Positions 27,776-41,822 of a DNA stretch of 64,000 bases are shown piece after piece; the first letter of the stretch is position 1, and each line of letters begins with the position of its first letter. Source of the DNA: Eledone cirrhosa (Eukaryota); the NCBI GenBank assembly GCA_964016885.1, contig OZ024762.1, forward strand, positions 4,464,001-4,528,000, written 5' to 3'. Below the pieces are notes generated by a model. The model was not told where the DNA came from. It searched no databases and saw only the letters and a program-made list of their open reading frames with translations. The position numbers and the translations under genes are program-made.

Positions 27776-30352
27776 CTGTTATTGCTCTCCGATTGTTTAC
27801 TATCTGGAGATGTACTGGCGCTTTCCTCGGCAACAGTAACAGTAGCAGTGGTTGTAGTAGTTGTAGTAGTTGTAGTAGTAGTCGTATCACTAGTGGAACT
27901 TTCTGTAGTTATCTTATCATTCGTGTCTTCCGTTTGGACCTGGTTCACTGATGGACTTTGTTCATCTTTAACGGTTTCGGTATCGGTTGTGCTTTCCTCT
28001 TGTTTTTCTGGGGCGGCGGTTTCACCGTCAGAGACTGACTTTTCTACGGGTTGGCTTTCGCCCTGGGTATCTTTGGTTTCTACTACGGAAGGGCTGGGTT
28101 CTGGGTCTGAAGGAGTGGGGTGTTCTACAGAGGTGTCTTGTGCTTTCTGGTCCCCTTCTGATTCTTCTTTTATAACAGCAGAATCTGTGCTTTGGCTAGG
28201 GGTCTCCACTGTAGTATCCGCCGGTTTCTCAGAAGCAGCCGGAGGACAAATTCTTGCGTCTACAACATCCTCTACAGCTTCCGTCTTCGTTGCTTCCGGT
28301 TTCTCGTCAGCCACTGGTCCAGAAGCTTCCTCGGATGTAGATGCTTCTGCTACATGTTCTACTTTCGCCGTTTTTTCTGTGATTATTGTTGTTGTTACTA
28401 TTGTTTCTACAATTGTATCTTCTGATGGCGATGTTGTTGTAATTTCTACAAACGTTGTTGTTGTGGCACATGTTCCTGTTTCTGCTGAGACTGTTGACTC
28501 CGATTCCACTACATCACCCTCTAATGCATCTTCTTCGACAGCGTGGACTTCCTGTGAAACAGCAACAGCCGCCTCTGTCTCAACAGTGCTGCCCTCTGGC
28601 TCAGCTACTGTCTCTCCTGCCACCGCTTTTACTTCGCTTCCATCGGCAGCAACTTTAGCTGTCTCTTCTGGCTGAGGGACGACACCAGCAATGGTGGCCT
28701 CTGTTGTTGTTTCACTTGTTTCAGTTGTTGTTTTTATTGTTGTTGTTGTTGTTGTCGTACTTTCCACAGCAACCACTGCACTGCCGCCTTCTGGTGCGGC
28801 CACTGTCTCAGTTTTAGTTTCTGAAGTGGTAACCTCTGTTGACACAGCTTGTTCTGTAGTAGCTGCTGTACTTTCAGGAGTTGGTTTAGCATCTTCCTGG
28901 ACGGGTTGAACTTCAATGACCTGTTGTTCAGTCGCAGCTGGTTGTTCGGCAACAGCAACTGTCTCGCTAGGTGGCGCTTCGGCTGGTTTCTCCTGTTGTG
29001 CAACTGCTGGTGGGACGTCACTAACAAGAGGTTTTATATTGATAGTGAAAGGAGCTGCAGACATTTCCGAAAGATTACTTACAGCTGCAGGGACTTGACC
29101 AGCACCAGCTGCATATTCTAGTTTAACTGACATCACCTGTGCTGAAGAGGAAGTCTGGACGGGAGTATGTTCTAGGAAGGGAGTTTTTATGATTTTATCA
29201 TCGGGTGAAAGAGCAGGTAGCGTATCATTCAACTTCACCGTGCTGTATGTGTTGACTTTCGGGTAAGCAGGAGCTGGTGGTAGAGGGTCAGCTTTCTCAA
29301 CATAATTTTCAAAAGATGTTGGTGGAGTTACATAACCGTGGTCAGATTCAGAATTGTTGCTACCGTTATTTTGAACACCATATAGTCCATACTGGACATG
29401 ACCATATAAGGTGGTGCCACCATGGTAAACAATCCCCTCTTTATTTCCATTGCCTTGGAACTCCTTCGAAGCATATGTCCCCTTCGGGAAAGTACTAGAT
29501 TTCTTTAAGGCTGTTGATAATTCTTCGAAGACCATGTGCTTTTTAGTGTCTGGTTTCTGCTTACGTCCAGTAGATGTCGCGGTGTATGCCGGTTCAGGTT
29601 CTGGCTCCACGTGACTTTGCTCAGCTTGTTCTTGTTCCATCTGTTTAGCAAAAGGGCTTATAATAGACGCACCCCAAGAACGATAACTGTAATCAGGCAC
29701 ACTCTCGTTCGGTCCAGGTGCTTTGGAAGCTTTCGGAGCGGGTTTTGTTGGGGATCTTTTCGGCTTCGACGCTGAGGGAGCCTTCATGGCAGTCTGCAAT
29801 GCCGGAACAGTCGGTGTGAAGGGTAAATGACCTCTTGCAGGCGGAGGACCATGTGATGCTATTGGAGGTGGGGGTGGTGGGGTTGCATGGGCGTAGGTCG
29901 GAGCGGAGGTAGCGTATGACTGAACGGGAGGAGTGACCGGTGCCCATTGTTTCGGTATCAAGAACGAAGGGGGGCGAGCACTCTCCAGTGTTTGGGGCTG
30001 GTCATAGGCATCTTCATAGACGGGTTCCGGACTGGGAGCTTTAGCGTACACCGGTCGTGGGGGCTCGACGTGGCGTATCGGCGAATGGTGTTGATAGTCT
30101 GCGGGGTCGGGTGATTGGAAATAGAAGGATGAAGTAGGCGACTCGACCATCTTCAGTGGTGAGGTGTGTCTAACGGGTGTCTTGCTAGGGGATGACCTAC
30201 AGGGTCTAAAATCTCTTACGGGTGCTGCCGCCGCCCCATGGCTTCTGCTGCTGACGGTAGTGGTGGTGATGCTGGCCTGAACATGACCATACTCCTTCGT
30301 CGGACTCGGTCTGCCGTCGTGCGTCTCGTATTCAACGCCTCCTAACCACTTG
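27776..30352 (-). CDS. Giant 2577-nt internal coding exon; Pro/Ser-rich then Thr/Glu/Ala/Val-rich disordered region
   Basis: Contains the 797-aa ORF 27757..30150. The frame stays open 67 codons further upstream (KWLGGVEYETHDGRPSPTKEYG...SPLK) to the acceptor tttcatattccgtgtag|C at 30352. Donor AACAG|gtatta at 27776. GC content is well above the flanks; phase 2-2. Confidence 0.9.
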
Positions 30353-30481
30353 CTACACGGAATATGAAACAGATGTACACATCAGTTTAATACACAATAT
30401 TACCAGTACATTCTTCAATGTACACCATCAACTTTCACTTTATATTTGGAGTGTGTGTGTGTATGTGTATATATATATATA

Positions 30482-30539
<58 letters not shown>

Positions 30540-30679
30540 TGTATGTATATATATATATATATATGTATATACACATACACTTTTTTTTCCTTCTTTCCGG
30601 ATCACCTGCTTCATAAACGTTGGATTGAATACTGTCATCATTTTACTATATACACGTATATATATGTATGTATATATTG

Positions 30680-30711
<32 letters not shown>

Positions 30712-30715
30712 TATA

Positions 30716-30766
<51 letters not shown>

Positions 30767-30837
30767 CAGAGAGAGAGAAAGAGACAGAAAGAGAGAGAGA
30801 GACGTATAATATATATATATATGTGCATAATATGTAT

Positions 30838-30905
<68 letters not shown>

Positions 30906-31327
30906 GTATTTTTCTTTTTTCTCTTCCTTCATTCATAGCAAACCTACAAGAATAGTAGGTACAGCACTATATAATTGTTACCACATTTGCGTCACCGAAG
31001 ACGTCGTCTTTGGATCCGCTTGTACATATATTCTGCCCCCAACCCCCACTTATTGATGTTTATTTTACCTGTAGTTAAGCCATGTAGAGTTAAAGCAGAT
31101 TTTATCTGAAGCAGAAATAGTAAATTTGTGAGATTTATCAACCTTCATATATATATATATATATATATATGAAAAGTTATATTTAAAATTGTTGGGTTAC
31201 AACTAGTAAATATTTATAACTGATATAAAAGCACTCGTAACTAGTTTGCTAGCGTAAACCTCTTCAAATGAAGTTGATGTTTATTACGGTATGTCGAATA
31301 TATTTATCTATAAAACTGTTTATATTG

Positions 31328-31393
31328 TATTTTGTCTGATGAAGGCATAGCATATTGTTAATATGATATCCCCGAAATATATATAATGAAATA
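31328..31393 (+). ncRNA. Type I hammerhead motif, intronic and antisense to the host gene
   Basis: TATTTTGT-CTGATGA-aggcatagcatatt gtt aatatgatatcccc-GAAA-TATATA-TA-ATGAAATA. Helix I is 8 bp with two G-U pairs. Predicted cut after 31385. Confidence 0.78.
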
Positions 31394-31431
31394 AATATGG
31401 TTTTATAAATATAGTTTTCCATTTATTTAAT

Positions 31432-31475
<44 letters not shown>

Positions 31476-31557
31476 TGTGTGTGTGTGTGTGTGTGTGTAC
31501 ACACACACACACACAAATATATATGCCTGTATGTGTGGTGTGCGTGTATGTTTGTAA

Positions 31558-31616
<59 letters not shown>

Positions 31617-31704
31617 CCTATATGCAATCAATGGCGATTGTATAATGTACATAAAACGTATTGTTTTGTGAATAATTTGAGAATGAATAAATCTTAGTGA
31701 TAGT

Positions 31705-31786
31705 ACAGATGAGATAATTAACAGGTGAGATAATATACAGGTGAGATAATATACAGGTGAGATAATTAACAGGTGAGATAATTAAC
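31705..31786 (+). repeat. 16-bp tandem repeat x5
   Basis: acaggtgagataat(ta/at). Confidence 0.9.
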
Positions 31787-32064
31787 TTTGCATTACGTGG
31801 CCTTCAAACAAGCACCAATTTCTAAATAAGAATTTAATCATTGTGACGTTTCTCTTTATATGTAAATATATGTGTATTTAGACACATACGCACACACATG
31901 CATACACACAGTCATATAGATAGATATAAACATACATGCAGATATACACGCTTACACATATATAATTATATAAAGAGAGAACTAGAAGGACAGAAAGAAA
32001 GAATCTTCACAATAATTGAATTTTAATTTTAAAGAACAAGTTTTCTCATTAGTCTATTTTGGTG

Positions 32065-32866
32065 ATATATCATATATATATAAATATATATGTCATATAT
32101 ATATATATATATATATTAATATATATATGATATATATATATATATATATTAATATATATATGATATATATATATATAATATATACATGATATATATATAT
32201 ATAATATATACATGATATATATATATATAATATATACATGATATATATATATGATATGTATAATATATACATGATATATATATATGATATGTATATGATA
32301 TATATATATATATATAATATATACATGATATATATATGATATATATATATATATATAGATATAATATATATATATAATATATATATATTATATATATATG
32401 TGATATATATATGATATATGTATATATAGGTGATATATATATATGATATATGTATATATATATGATATATATATATATATATGATATACGTATATATATA
32501 TGATATATATATATATATATGATATACGTATATATATATGACATATATATATATAATATATATATATATATATGACATATATATATATATATATGACATA
32601 TATATATATATATTATATATATATATGACATATATATATATATATTATATATATATATGACATATATATATATATATTATATATATATATGACATATATA
32701 TATATATATATATTATATATATGACATATATATATATATATATATTATATATATGACATATATATATATATATATATTATATATATGACATATATATATA
32801 TATATATTATATATATGACATATATATATATATATATATATGACATATATATATATATATATATAT

Positions 32867-32900
<34 letters not shown>

Positions 32901-32967
32901 ATATATATATATATATATGATATATATATATATATATATATATGATATATATATATATATATATATA

Positions 32968-33003
<36 letters not shown>

Positions 33004-33030
33004 TATACATATAATATATATATATATATG

Positions 33031-33062
<32 letters not shown>
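32065..33062. repeat. Long interrupted (TA)n array
   Basis: TA runs punctuated by GAC/GAT. Confidence 0.95.
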
Positions 33063-33065
<3 letters not shown>

Positions 33066-33166
33066 AGAACAATATTCACTGAATATACATATATATATAT
33101 TAGAGTAGGTACAATAGCCCATTGTGTAGTGGAGAATATATTTGTTCGCACAGCCGTAGATAGACA

Positions 33167-34473
33167 CTACTGGTCAGAGGCTACTGGTCAGAGGCTACTG
33201 GTCAGAGGCTACTAGTCAGGGGCTACTAGTCAGGGGCTACTAGTCAGAGGCTACTGGTCAGAGGCTACTAGTCAGGGGCTACTAGTCAGGGGCTACTAGT
33301 CAGGGGCTACTGGTCAGAGGCTTCTGGTCAGATGCTACTGGTCAGATGCTACTAGTCAGAGGCTACTGGTCAGAGGCTACTGGTCAGATGCTACTGGTCA
33401 GAGGCTACTGGTCAGATGCTACTGGTCAGATGCTACTGGTCAGAGGCTACTGGTCAGGGGCTACTAGTCAGAGGCTACTGGTCAGAGGCTACTGGTCAGA
33501 GGCTACTGGTCAGATGCTACTTGTCAGATGCTACTAGTCAGAGGCTACTGGTCAGAGGCTACTGGTCAGAGGCTACTAGTCAGAGGCTACTGGTCAGAGG
33601 CTACTGGTCAGATGCTACTGGTCAGATGCTACTAGTCAGAGGCTACTGGTCAGAGGCTACTGGTCAGATGCTACTGGTCAGATGCTACTAGTCAGAGGCT
33701 ACTGGTCAGAGGCTACTAGTCAGAGGCTACTAGTCAGAGGCTACTGGTCAGAGGCTACTGGTCAGAGGCTACTGATCAGAGGCTACTGGTCAGAGGCTAC
33801 TGGTCAGAGGCTACTAGTCAGAGGCTACTGGTCAGAGGCTACTGGTCAGAGGCTACTGATCAGAGGCTACTGATCAGAGGCTACTGATCAGAGGCTACTG
33901 GTCAGAGGCTACTGGTCAGAGGCTACTGGTCAGAGGCTACTGGTCAGAGGCTACTGGTCAGAGGCTACTGGTCAGGGGCTACTAGTCAGAGGTTACTGGT
34001 CAGATGCTACTGGTCAGAGGCTACTGGTTAGATGCTACTGATCAGAGGCTACTGATCAGAGGCTACTGATCAGAGGCTACTGGTCAGAGGCTACTGGTCA
34101 GAGGCTACTGATCAGAGGCTACTGATCAGAGGCTACTGGTCAGAGGCTACTGGTCAGAGGCTACTGATCAGAGGCTACTGATCAGATGCTACTGATCAGA
34201 GGCTACTGATCAGAGGCTACTGATCAGAGGCTACTGGTCAGAGGCTACTGGTCAGAGGCTACTGATCAGAGGCTACTGGTCAGAGGCTACTGGTCAGAGG
34301 CTACTGATCAGAGGCTACTGGTCAGAGGCTACTAGTCAGAGGCTACTAGTCAGAGGCTACTGGTCATAGGCTACTAGTCAGAGGCTACTAGTCACAGGCT
34401 ACTGGTCAGAGGCTACTAGTCAGAGGCTACTAGTCAGAGGCTACTAGTCACAGGCTACTGGTCAGAGGCTACT
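33167..34473 (+). repeat. 14-bp minisatellite (CTACTGGTCAGAGG), ~93 copies, intronic
   Basis: Direct tandem array with variant units CTACTAGT-, CTACTGAT-, -CAGATG and -CAGGGG. Confidence 0.97.
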
Positions 34474-34595
34474 TGGTTGCTTCAATCTACTTAATTCTGT
34501 ATGTGTTTACATATGTATATCAATTAATATTAACTTCTCTAAATCTTTCAATCGTATATACGTTCGTGCTTATATAACTACACCAATACACACAC

Positions 34596-34943
34596 ATATA
34601 TATATCATATATATATATTATATATAGTATATATATATATACTTATATATATATACATATATATATACATACATATATTTCATATATATTATATATAGTA
34701 TATATATATATACTTATATATATATACATATATTTCATATATATTATATATATATCATATATATTATATATTTCATATATGTATATATTTCATATATATT
34801 ATATATATATCATATATATTATATATTTCATATATGTATATATTTCATATATATTATATATATATCATATATATTATATATTTCATATATGTATATATTT
34901 CATATATATTATATATATATCATATATAGTATATATATATACT

Positions 34944-34978
<35 letters not shown>

Positions 34979-35049
34979 ATATATATATCATATATATTAT
35001 ATATAGTATATATATCATATATATTATATATAGTATATATATATATACT

Positions 35050-35080
<31 letters not shown>

Positions 35081-35417
35081 GTATATATATATATATTATA
35101 TATAGTATATATATATATCATATATATTATATATAGTATATATATATATCATATATATTATATATAGTATATATATATATCATATATATTATATATAGTA
35201 TATATATATATATATACTTATATATATATATATATATATTATATATAGTATATATATATATACTTATATATATATATATATATATTATATATAGTATATA
35301 TATATATACTTATATATATATATATAGTATATATATTATATATATATATATATACTTATATATATATATATATATATTACATATATATATATTATAAATA
35401 GTATATATGTATATACT

Positions 35418-35448
<31 letters not shown>

Positions 35449-35674
35449 GTATATATATATATACTTATATATATATATATATATTATATATAGTATATAT
35501 ATATATACTTATATATATATATATATATTATATATAGTATATATATATATACTTATATATAGTATATATATATATACTTATATATATATATATATATATA
35601 TACTTATATATATATATATATATATACTTATATATATATATATATATATACTTATATATATATATATATATATA

Positions 35675-35717
<43 letters not shown>

Positions 35718-35764
35718 GTATATATATATATACTTATATATATATATATATTAAATATATATAT

Positions 35765-35799
<35 letters not shown>

Positions 35800-35961
35800 C
35801 ATATATATATTACATATATATATATATATATATATATTACATATATATATTACATATATATATTACATATATTTATTACATATATTTATATATATATATA
35901 TTACATATATTTATATATATATATATATATTACATATATTTATATATATATTAAATATATT

Positions 35962-36003
<42 letters not shown>

Positions 36004-36111
36004 TTACATATATATATATATTACATATATATATTACATATATATATATATTACATATATATATTACATATATATATATATATATATATATAACTATATA
36101 TATATATATAT
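34596..36111. repeat. Long interrupted (TA)n array
   Basis: TA runs punctuated by CT, GT and TTAC. Confidence 0.95.
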
Positions 36112-36429
36112 TGAGAGAAAGGGAGAGAGAGACATCAGTAGCTGTTTGTATATTATAAGTGGTATAGAAAAAATAAAATTAAAAAAAATATGGTTGACAT
36201 CATTAATAAAAGAAATGACTGTGAGTAACAAAAAAAATAAATAGAAAATAATGTTAGACATTATTACATATAGAATACATAAAAATATCTTGTGGTTTGA
36301 TACTGGTTTCAGTTTTGTTGCTAGAGATTATGGTTAGATTCTAGAGATTGGGCTTAAATAACTGCAAATTATATATTCGACTGAATAGGATTCAGTGTCT
36401 TATTTGTGCTTATTTCATCTATATCAGAT

Positions 36430-37070
36430 CAAGTAAATTAAGGTTGCCTTAATGTAAAATCCGATCAATAGGGTATCAGTGGATGAACTACTCTAAACTC
36501 AGCTTACAGTAAAGTCAGATCAAAGAGGTATCAGTGAGATGAGCCACTGTAAAATCAGATCATGAGGGTATCAGTGAGATGAGCCACTGTAAAGTCAAAT
36601 CAAAGAGGTATCACTAATTTGAGTTGAGTCACTGTAATATCAAATCAAAGAGGTATCAGTGAGTTGAGTCACTGTAACATCAGATCAAGGGGTTATCAGT
36701 GAGTTGAGTCACTGTAAAGTAGATCAAAGAAGTATCAGTGAGTTGAGTCACTCTAACATCAGATCAAGGGGGTATCAATGGATTACTCTCAGTAATGTCT
36801 GGTCAATGAGGGTTTAGTGAGTTTATTCACTCTACTGTCAGGAAAACGAGATATCGATTAGTTGGATTTCTACAACGCTAAATCAAGGTAGTATCAATGA
36901 GATGAATCACTATAAATTCAAATGATTGGGTTATTAGTGAGTTGAGTCACTGTAAAGTCAGATAAATGATATATCAGTGAGCTGAGTCATTCTACTGTAA
37001 GAACATGGAGGCATCAGCGTATAACTCATTGTATTATCGGAACAACGAAATATGAGCGAGTGAGTCGTTT
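36430..37070 (+). repeat. 40-bp degenerate minisatellite, ~15 copies
   Basis: Unit gtaaagtcagatcaaagaggtatcagtgagttgagtcact at 36509, 36549, 36589 and onward; decays toward both edges. Confidence 0.85.
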
Positions 37071-37540
37071 TAGACCAAATTCCCTCAAAATAATAGATTT
37101 CATTGAAACAAGCTAAATGAAACCTAAATGACATTAGTCATCATAAGCAGTAATTTAAGATTTAAAAAAAGGATGCAAGACAAGGGGTGAGAGTTTCGAA
37201 TCTCATCAGTGGACCTGTGTTATATGTTTTCAGTGTTATATCGCTCGTTCTGCTATCGAATGCAATTTATATTAGAATATTTTAGCTGTTAATTAATCCA
37301 AGGAAGATATATCTCAAAATATTGAATGCATATATTAAAATATAAAAAGAAAGAAAGATAGCAAAAAACATTTTCATTATTTCTTTTTCTTTTCAATCTG
37401 ATTAATATCTTAACTCTGACATTGAAATACATGAAAATGGATTCCATTGCAAAATCTCCAAGCTTAATAATTAATCAATTGATAAGGAAGATGATGAAAA
37501 TTATTTTCCTTTTTATGTTCTTTTCATATCAATAACTTAC

Positions 37541-37551
37541 TTATAAGACAT
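37541..37551 (-). CDS. First coding exon (start codon) of the 1176-aa membrane-anchored low-complexity protein
   Basis: Minus strand reads gacgccATG TCT TAT AA|gtaagt: good Kozak context and a perfect donor. The phase-2 end joins the single C at the start of exon 27776-30352 to give MSYN-KWLGG. A possible acceptor tttttaatctag at 37590 would make the whole exon 37541-37589. Confidence 0.72.
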
Positions 37552-37599
37552 GGCGTCGGAAGAGAGCAGAATAAACGTTCTTCTTTCACCTAGATTAAA

Positions 37600-37760
37600 A
37601 AAGATGGCTACGAAGAACAGGTGACGTCAGAGATAAGTCCATATATTACTTTACGGCGTTGTTTATCTTGACACCGATAGCAGAGTTCAGCTAGAAAATT
37701 GCTAATCCATTTGAAGAGGTGTGAGATATCAGGAGATATCGTCACAATACAAATTTACTT
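37600..37760 (-). promoter_or_regulatory. Candidate proximal regulatory region just upstream of the start-codon exon
   Basis: Full CRE TGACGTCA (37622-37629) overlapping E-box CAGGTG, adjacent AGATAA, further GATA motifs. Confidence 0.35.
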
Positions 37761-37879
37761 TGATAAACACACTGGAGACTTAACAGCTATATACACAATA
37801 AACGTATCGTGCTTATTTATATATTTATGTATGTATAATTAGTTAATTTTTACTCATCATTATAATGGTTGCAAGTAGT

Positions 37880-37950
<71 letters not shown>

Positions 37951-38167
37951 CATTATTACCAATAGATTCTGTTTCCTTGCTTTTGATAAAGGGATAGTAA
38001 CCTCGAAATATCACGATATATGAGGTAAGGGTGTAAACTTTTGTTTGACTTACTTTAGTGTAGTTCTTACCCTTGATATCTAACTAGTCTTATACTTAAC
38101 AATCCTTAATGTATACTTCACAATACTTCGTATTATATATATATACACACACACATATATATATATA

Positions 38168-38209
<42 letters not shown>

Positions 38210-38294
38210 ATATGCATACAATGTAAGTGATATAACTATATGAAACGAATACCTGAAAATTATATATATAAACATATAAATCAGGTTTGTATAT

Positions 38295-38325
<31 letters not shown>

Positions 38326-38778
38326 CACTAATTGCGTAAAATGACTTTGGAAAAGAAAATGGGTGATTGAATATTATGTTGAAAAATGGGGCGTAATTTG
38401 ATTTTTAATGAATTTCAATTCATTAAATAATCGATAATCATTATACAGTTTATTATCATTATCACCATCTTTGCCATCACTACCACCAGCATCATCATCA
38501 TCATCATCATTATTACCATAACGACCTTTAAGATCATCATCATCACCATCACCACCACTAGCACCACCACCACCAATTTTACTATTGTCACCATCGTCAT
38601 CATCATCATCATCATCATCATTAAAATCATCATTATTAATGCTCCAAACATCATCATTACTATCACCATCATCATCATCATCGTCATCATCATCGCCACC
38701 ACTCTTTCAATTATTATATTCATCCTTATATCATCTTCACTGACCTGGCCCTTGTGGCCAATAAAAGAATTTATCATT

Positions 38779-38809
<31 letters not shown>

Positions 38810-39206
38810 GAACTGAGCACCATGTAGAAAGAGAATTGTGCCAATTGTAATTTGGGGGGCGCCAGGCACGGTGACTGCATGTATTGGGATCCCCCACTTC
38901 ATAGGCAGTGTACAGATTTATACCATCACCAGCACTGGCAAAATCTTACTGGATATGTTGAGCCTCTGAGACCAGGGACTGATCTGAGGCCAATTAACAA
39001 GCTTCACCTAACAATCGATTACTAAATAATCTTTACAAGAAGAAAGACAAACTGAATATCTTTATTGCGAGTCTGTCACTTCATTAATGAGCACAGCTAT
39101 ATGTGCTATATGTACCTTGGGCGCATACAGTTTTATGTTTTGGTGTTGTTGCTGTTGTTATTTTAGTATTTACTATTATTGTTAATGTTCCTATTATCAT
39201 TATGAA

Positions 39207-39395
39207 GGCATGGCTTAGTGGTTAGAGCATTGGGTTTGCAATCGGGAGGTTGTGAGTTCGATTCTTGGACCGGGTGATAGTGTGTTCTTGAGCAAGACAC
39301 TTTCTTTCACATCGCTCCAGTTCACTCAACTGTAGAATTGAGTTGCCACGTCACTGATGCTAAGCTGTACCGACCTTTGCCTTTCCCCTAGACAA
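39207..39395 (+). mobile_element. tRNA-derived SINE
   Basis: ggcatggcttagtggttagag...gagttcgattcttgg...ttcttgagcaagacac. Confidence 0.75.
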
Positions 39396-40243
39396 CAATA
39401 TATGTAGTGTATATATTATATAGAGAGTGCATACAATGTATACAGAATGTAAAATAATAAAAAACAATAATAATAATAATAATAATTGTTTCTACTATAG
39501 GCACAAAGTCACCATTTCTTTTTTTGGGGGGAGGGGTGGGGGGGGCTCGATTAAATCGACTTCAGTACAATACTGGTGCTTTGTTTTATCGATCCCGGAG
39601 GGATGAAAGGTAAAGCAAACCTTTTCTACTTACGGGTCGATAAAATAAAGTACCAGTAACGTATTGGGGTTAATTTAATTGACTTCCTCCTCCTCCAAAG
39701 TTGCTGGCCTTATGCCTAAATAATAAACCATTATTATTCCAACGGTTTTTCTCTTTGCTGTCCTGTTCCCTTTAATAGATGTAAACCCCACTCTGTGTGG
39801 TTTTCGTCATTGTATTGTCCCCACCGAGTAAGGACAATACTATTTCTAAGAGTACATGTTTCTTTTCTTAGTCGCAAGGGCCACTAAAAGACAACTGTAC
39901 TGTCAATCAGTTAAAAACTAATGTATCGGAAATAGGTTAAGACCTGTATTTCGTCCAACCCATGCAAGTTTAGAAAAACAATCGTAAAATCGATAATCCA
40001 AACAACGTTAATAACCGTTTCTAGCATTGTTAATTCTTAATTACATAAACACAATCAAATTTCTATAACACCTCATTTCTTCTCCATCTCGTTATCTCTG
40101 CCCTAATTTCCACCCATCTTCAATGTGCAATTTATTTTGTATCTGTAAAATTATATTTTTTTAAATATTGTTTTGAATTTTTGTTCGACTAAATGTGTTT
40201 ATTTTTCGCAATATTCAACACTTACAATTGTGTTGATGCACAC

Positions 40244-40276
<33 letters not shown>

Positions 40277-40493
40277 CATACATATATATATATATATATA
40301 TAAGCAAGTATAGCACCAAGAAAAATATAGATATCGGCTAGAAGAGAAAATAATTTATTGGCTATAACATATGTTTCTGTGTCCATTATAATAGTCTACA
40401 TAAGCTGACTACAATATATATTGTCCAATCATACGCAATACCTATTTATTTTTTCTACGTCTTCGACGCTACACACCGGTTCTTCTAAACTTG

Positions 40494-40540
<47 letters not shown>

Positions 40541-40584
40541 TATATATATAATATATATATATATATAATATATATATATATATA

Positions 40585-40680
<96 letters not shown>

Positions 40681-41532
40681 CACACGGGTGAAATATTACT
40701 GGTTAAGACAAGACTAGTATTCAATATATTGCTCTATAGTTAAGAAATGTAGAGTGTAGATATAACAAGAATTTTGAATGAAATAATAATTGTTTCTACT
40801 TTAGGCACAAGACCAGCAATTATCCAGTACATTACTGGTACTTTATTTTATCGGCTCTGTAAGGATGAAAGGTAAAGTCAACCTCGGCGGGATTTGAACT
40901 CAAATAATAATGGTTTCTGATTAAGGCACAAGGCCAGCAATTCTGTGGAGAAGTAAATCAATTAAATCGACCTCAGTGCATTTCTGGTACTTTGTTTTAT
41001 CGACCCTATAAGGATAACAGGTAAAGCTAAAGGCAAAGTTTATTTCGGAACTCAGAACTTAATTTTCTTGGCAATAGGAAGGGGAGTGGTAGAGGTGAAT
41101 AAAGCTCATTATATTACTGGTAGATTAAACATTTCAAGTCTTATGTAGTACTATTTAAATTAGAAATGTACCGAGGGAAGAGTAATTTGTATAAATACTT
41201 TTGGTGTATCCATTGCTCTATCACTTTCTCAGCTCAGCACCATGGTGATAATGATGATGATGATGATGCAGATGATGATGATGATGATGAGGTGAAGGAG
41301 GAGGGGGGAATGCGGATGATGATGATGATGATGATGATGATAACGGTTGCTAATTTAGACACAAGGCCAAAGAATTGTTGTTGGCGGGAGAAACACGTGA
41401 CTGATACTTTATCAGGCGGGGTGTAGGCGGGGTGTAGGCGGGGGTGTAGGCGGGGTGTAGCAATAATAATAATAACCATGATAATAATCATCACAAGAGA
41501 AATACTAATAAAAATATTAATGATGATAATAA

Positions 41533-41755
41533 TGGTTTCTTATATAGGAACAAGGCCAGCAATTTTGGGGGGGAGAGGGGAAAGTCGATTAAATCGACCC
41601 CAGTGCGTGACTGGTACTTTATTTTATCGACCCCCGTAAGGATGAAAGGCAAAGCTAACCTCGGCGGGATTTAAAATCAGAACGTAAAGGGCCGTAACTA
41701 TATGCCGCAAAGCATGTTGTCCGACGTTCTACCGATGCTGCCAATCTACCGCCCA
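41533..41755 (-). mobile_element. Second SINE family with (AAT)n-associated 3' end; most complete copy
   Basis: caaggccagcaatttt...gtcgattaaatcgaccccagt...ctggtactttattttatcgacc...ggatgaaaggcaaag..acctcggcgggattt. Further copies at ~4748-4850, 8570-8650, 20893-20990, 39486-39735, 40789-41060, 46735-46865, 47765-47920, 60065-60460 and 61715-61897. Confidence 0.8.
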
Positions 41756-41781
41756 GATGATAATATTACTTATATAGTAGC

Positions 41782-41822
<41 letters not shown>

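Noticed and set aside
27782-28675. 297-aa plus-strand ORF, and 18580-19128
   Set aside because: Antisense shadows of the real minus-strand exons.
33346-33873. Repetitive LLVRGYWSEATGQR ORFs / CRISPR-like appearance
   Set aside because: Pure 14-bp tandem repeat with no spacers and scattered stops; eukaryotic context, no cas genes.
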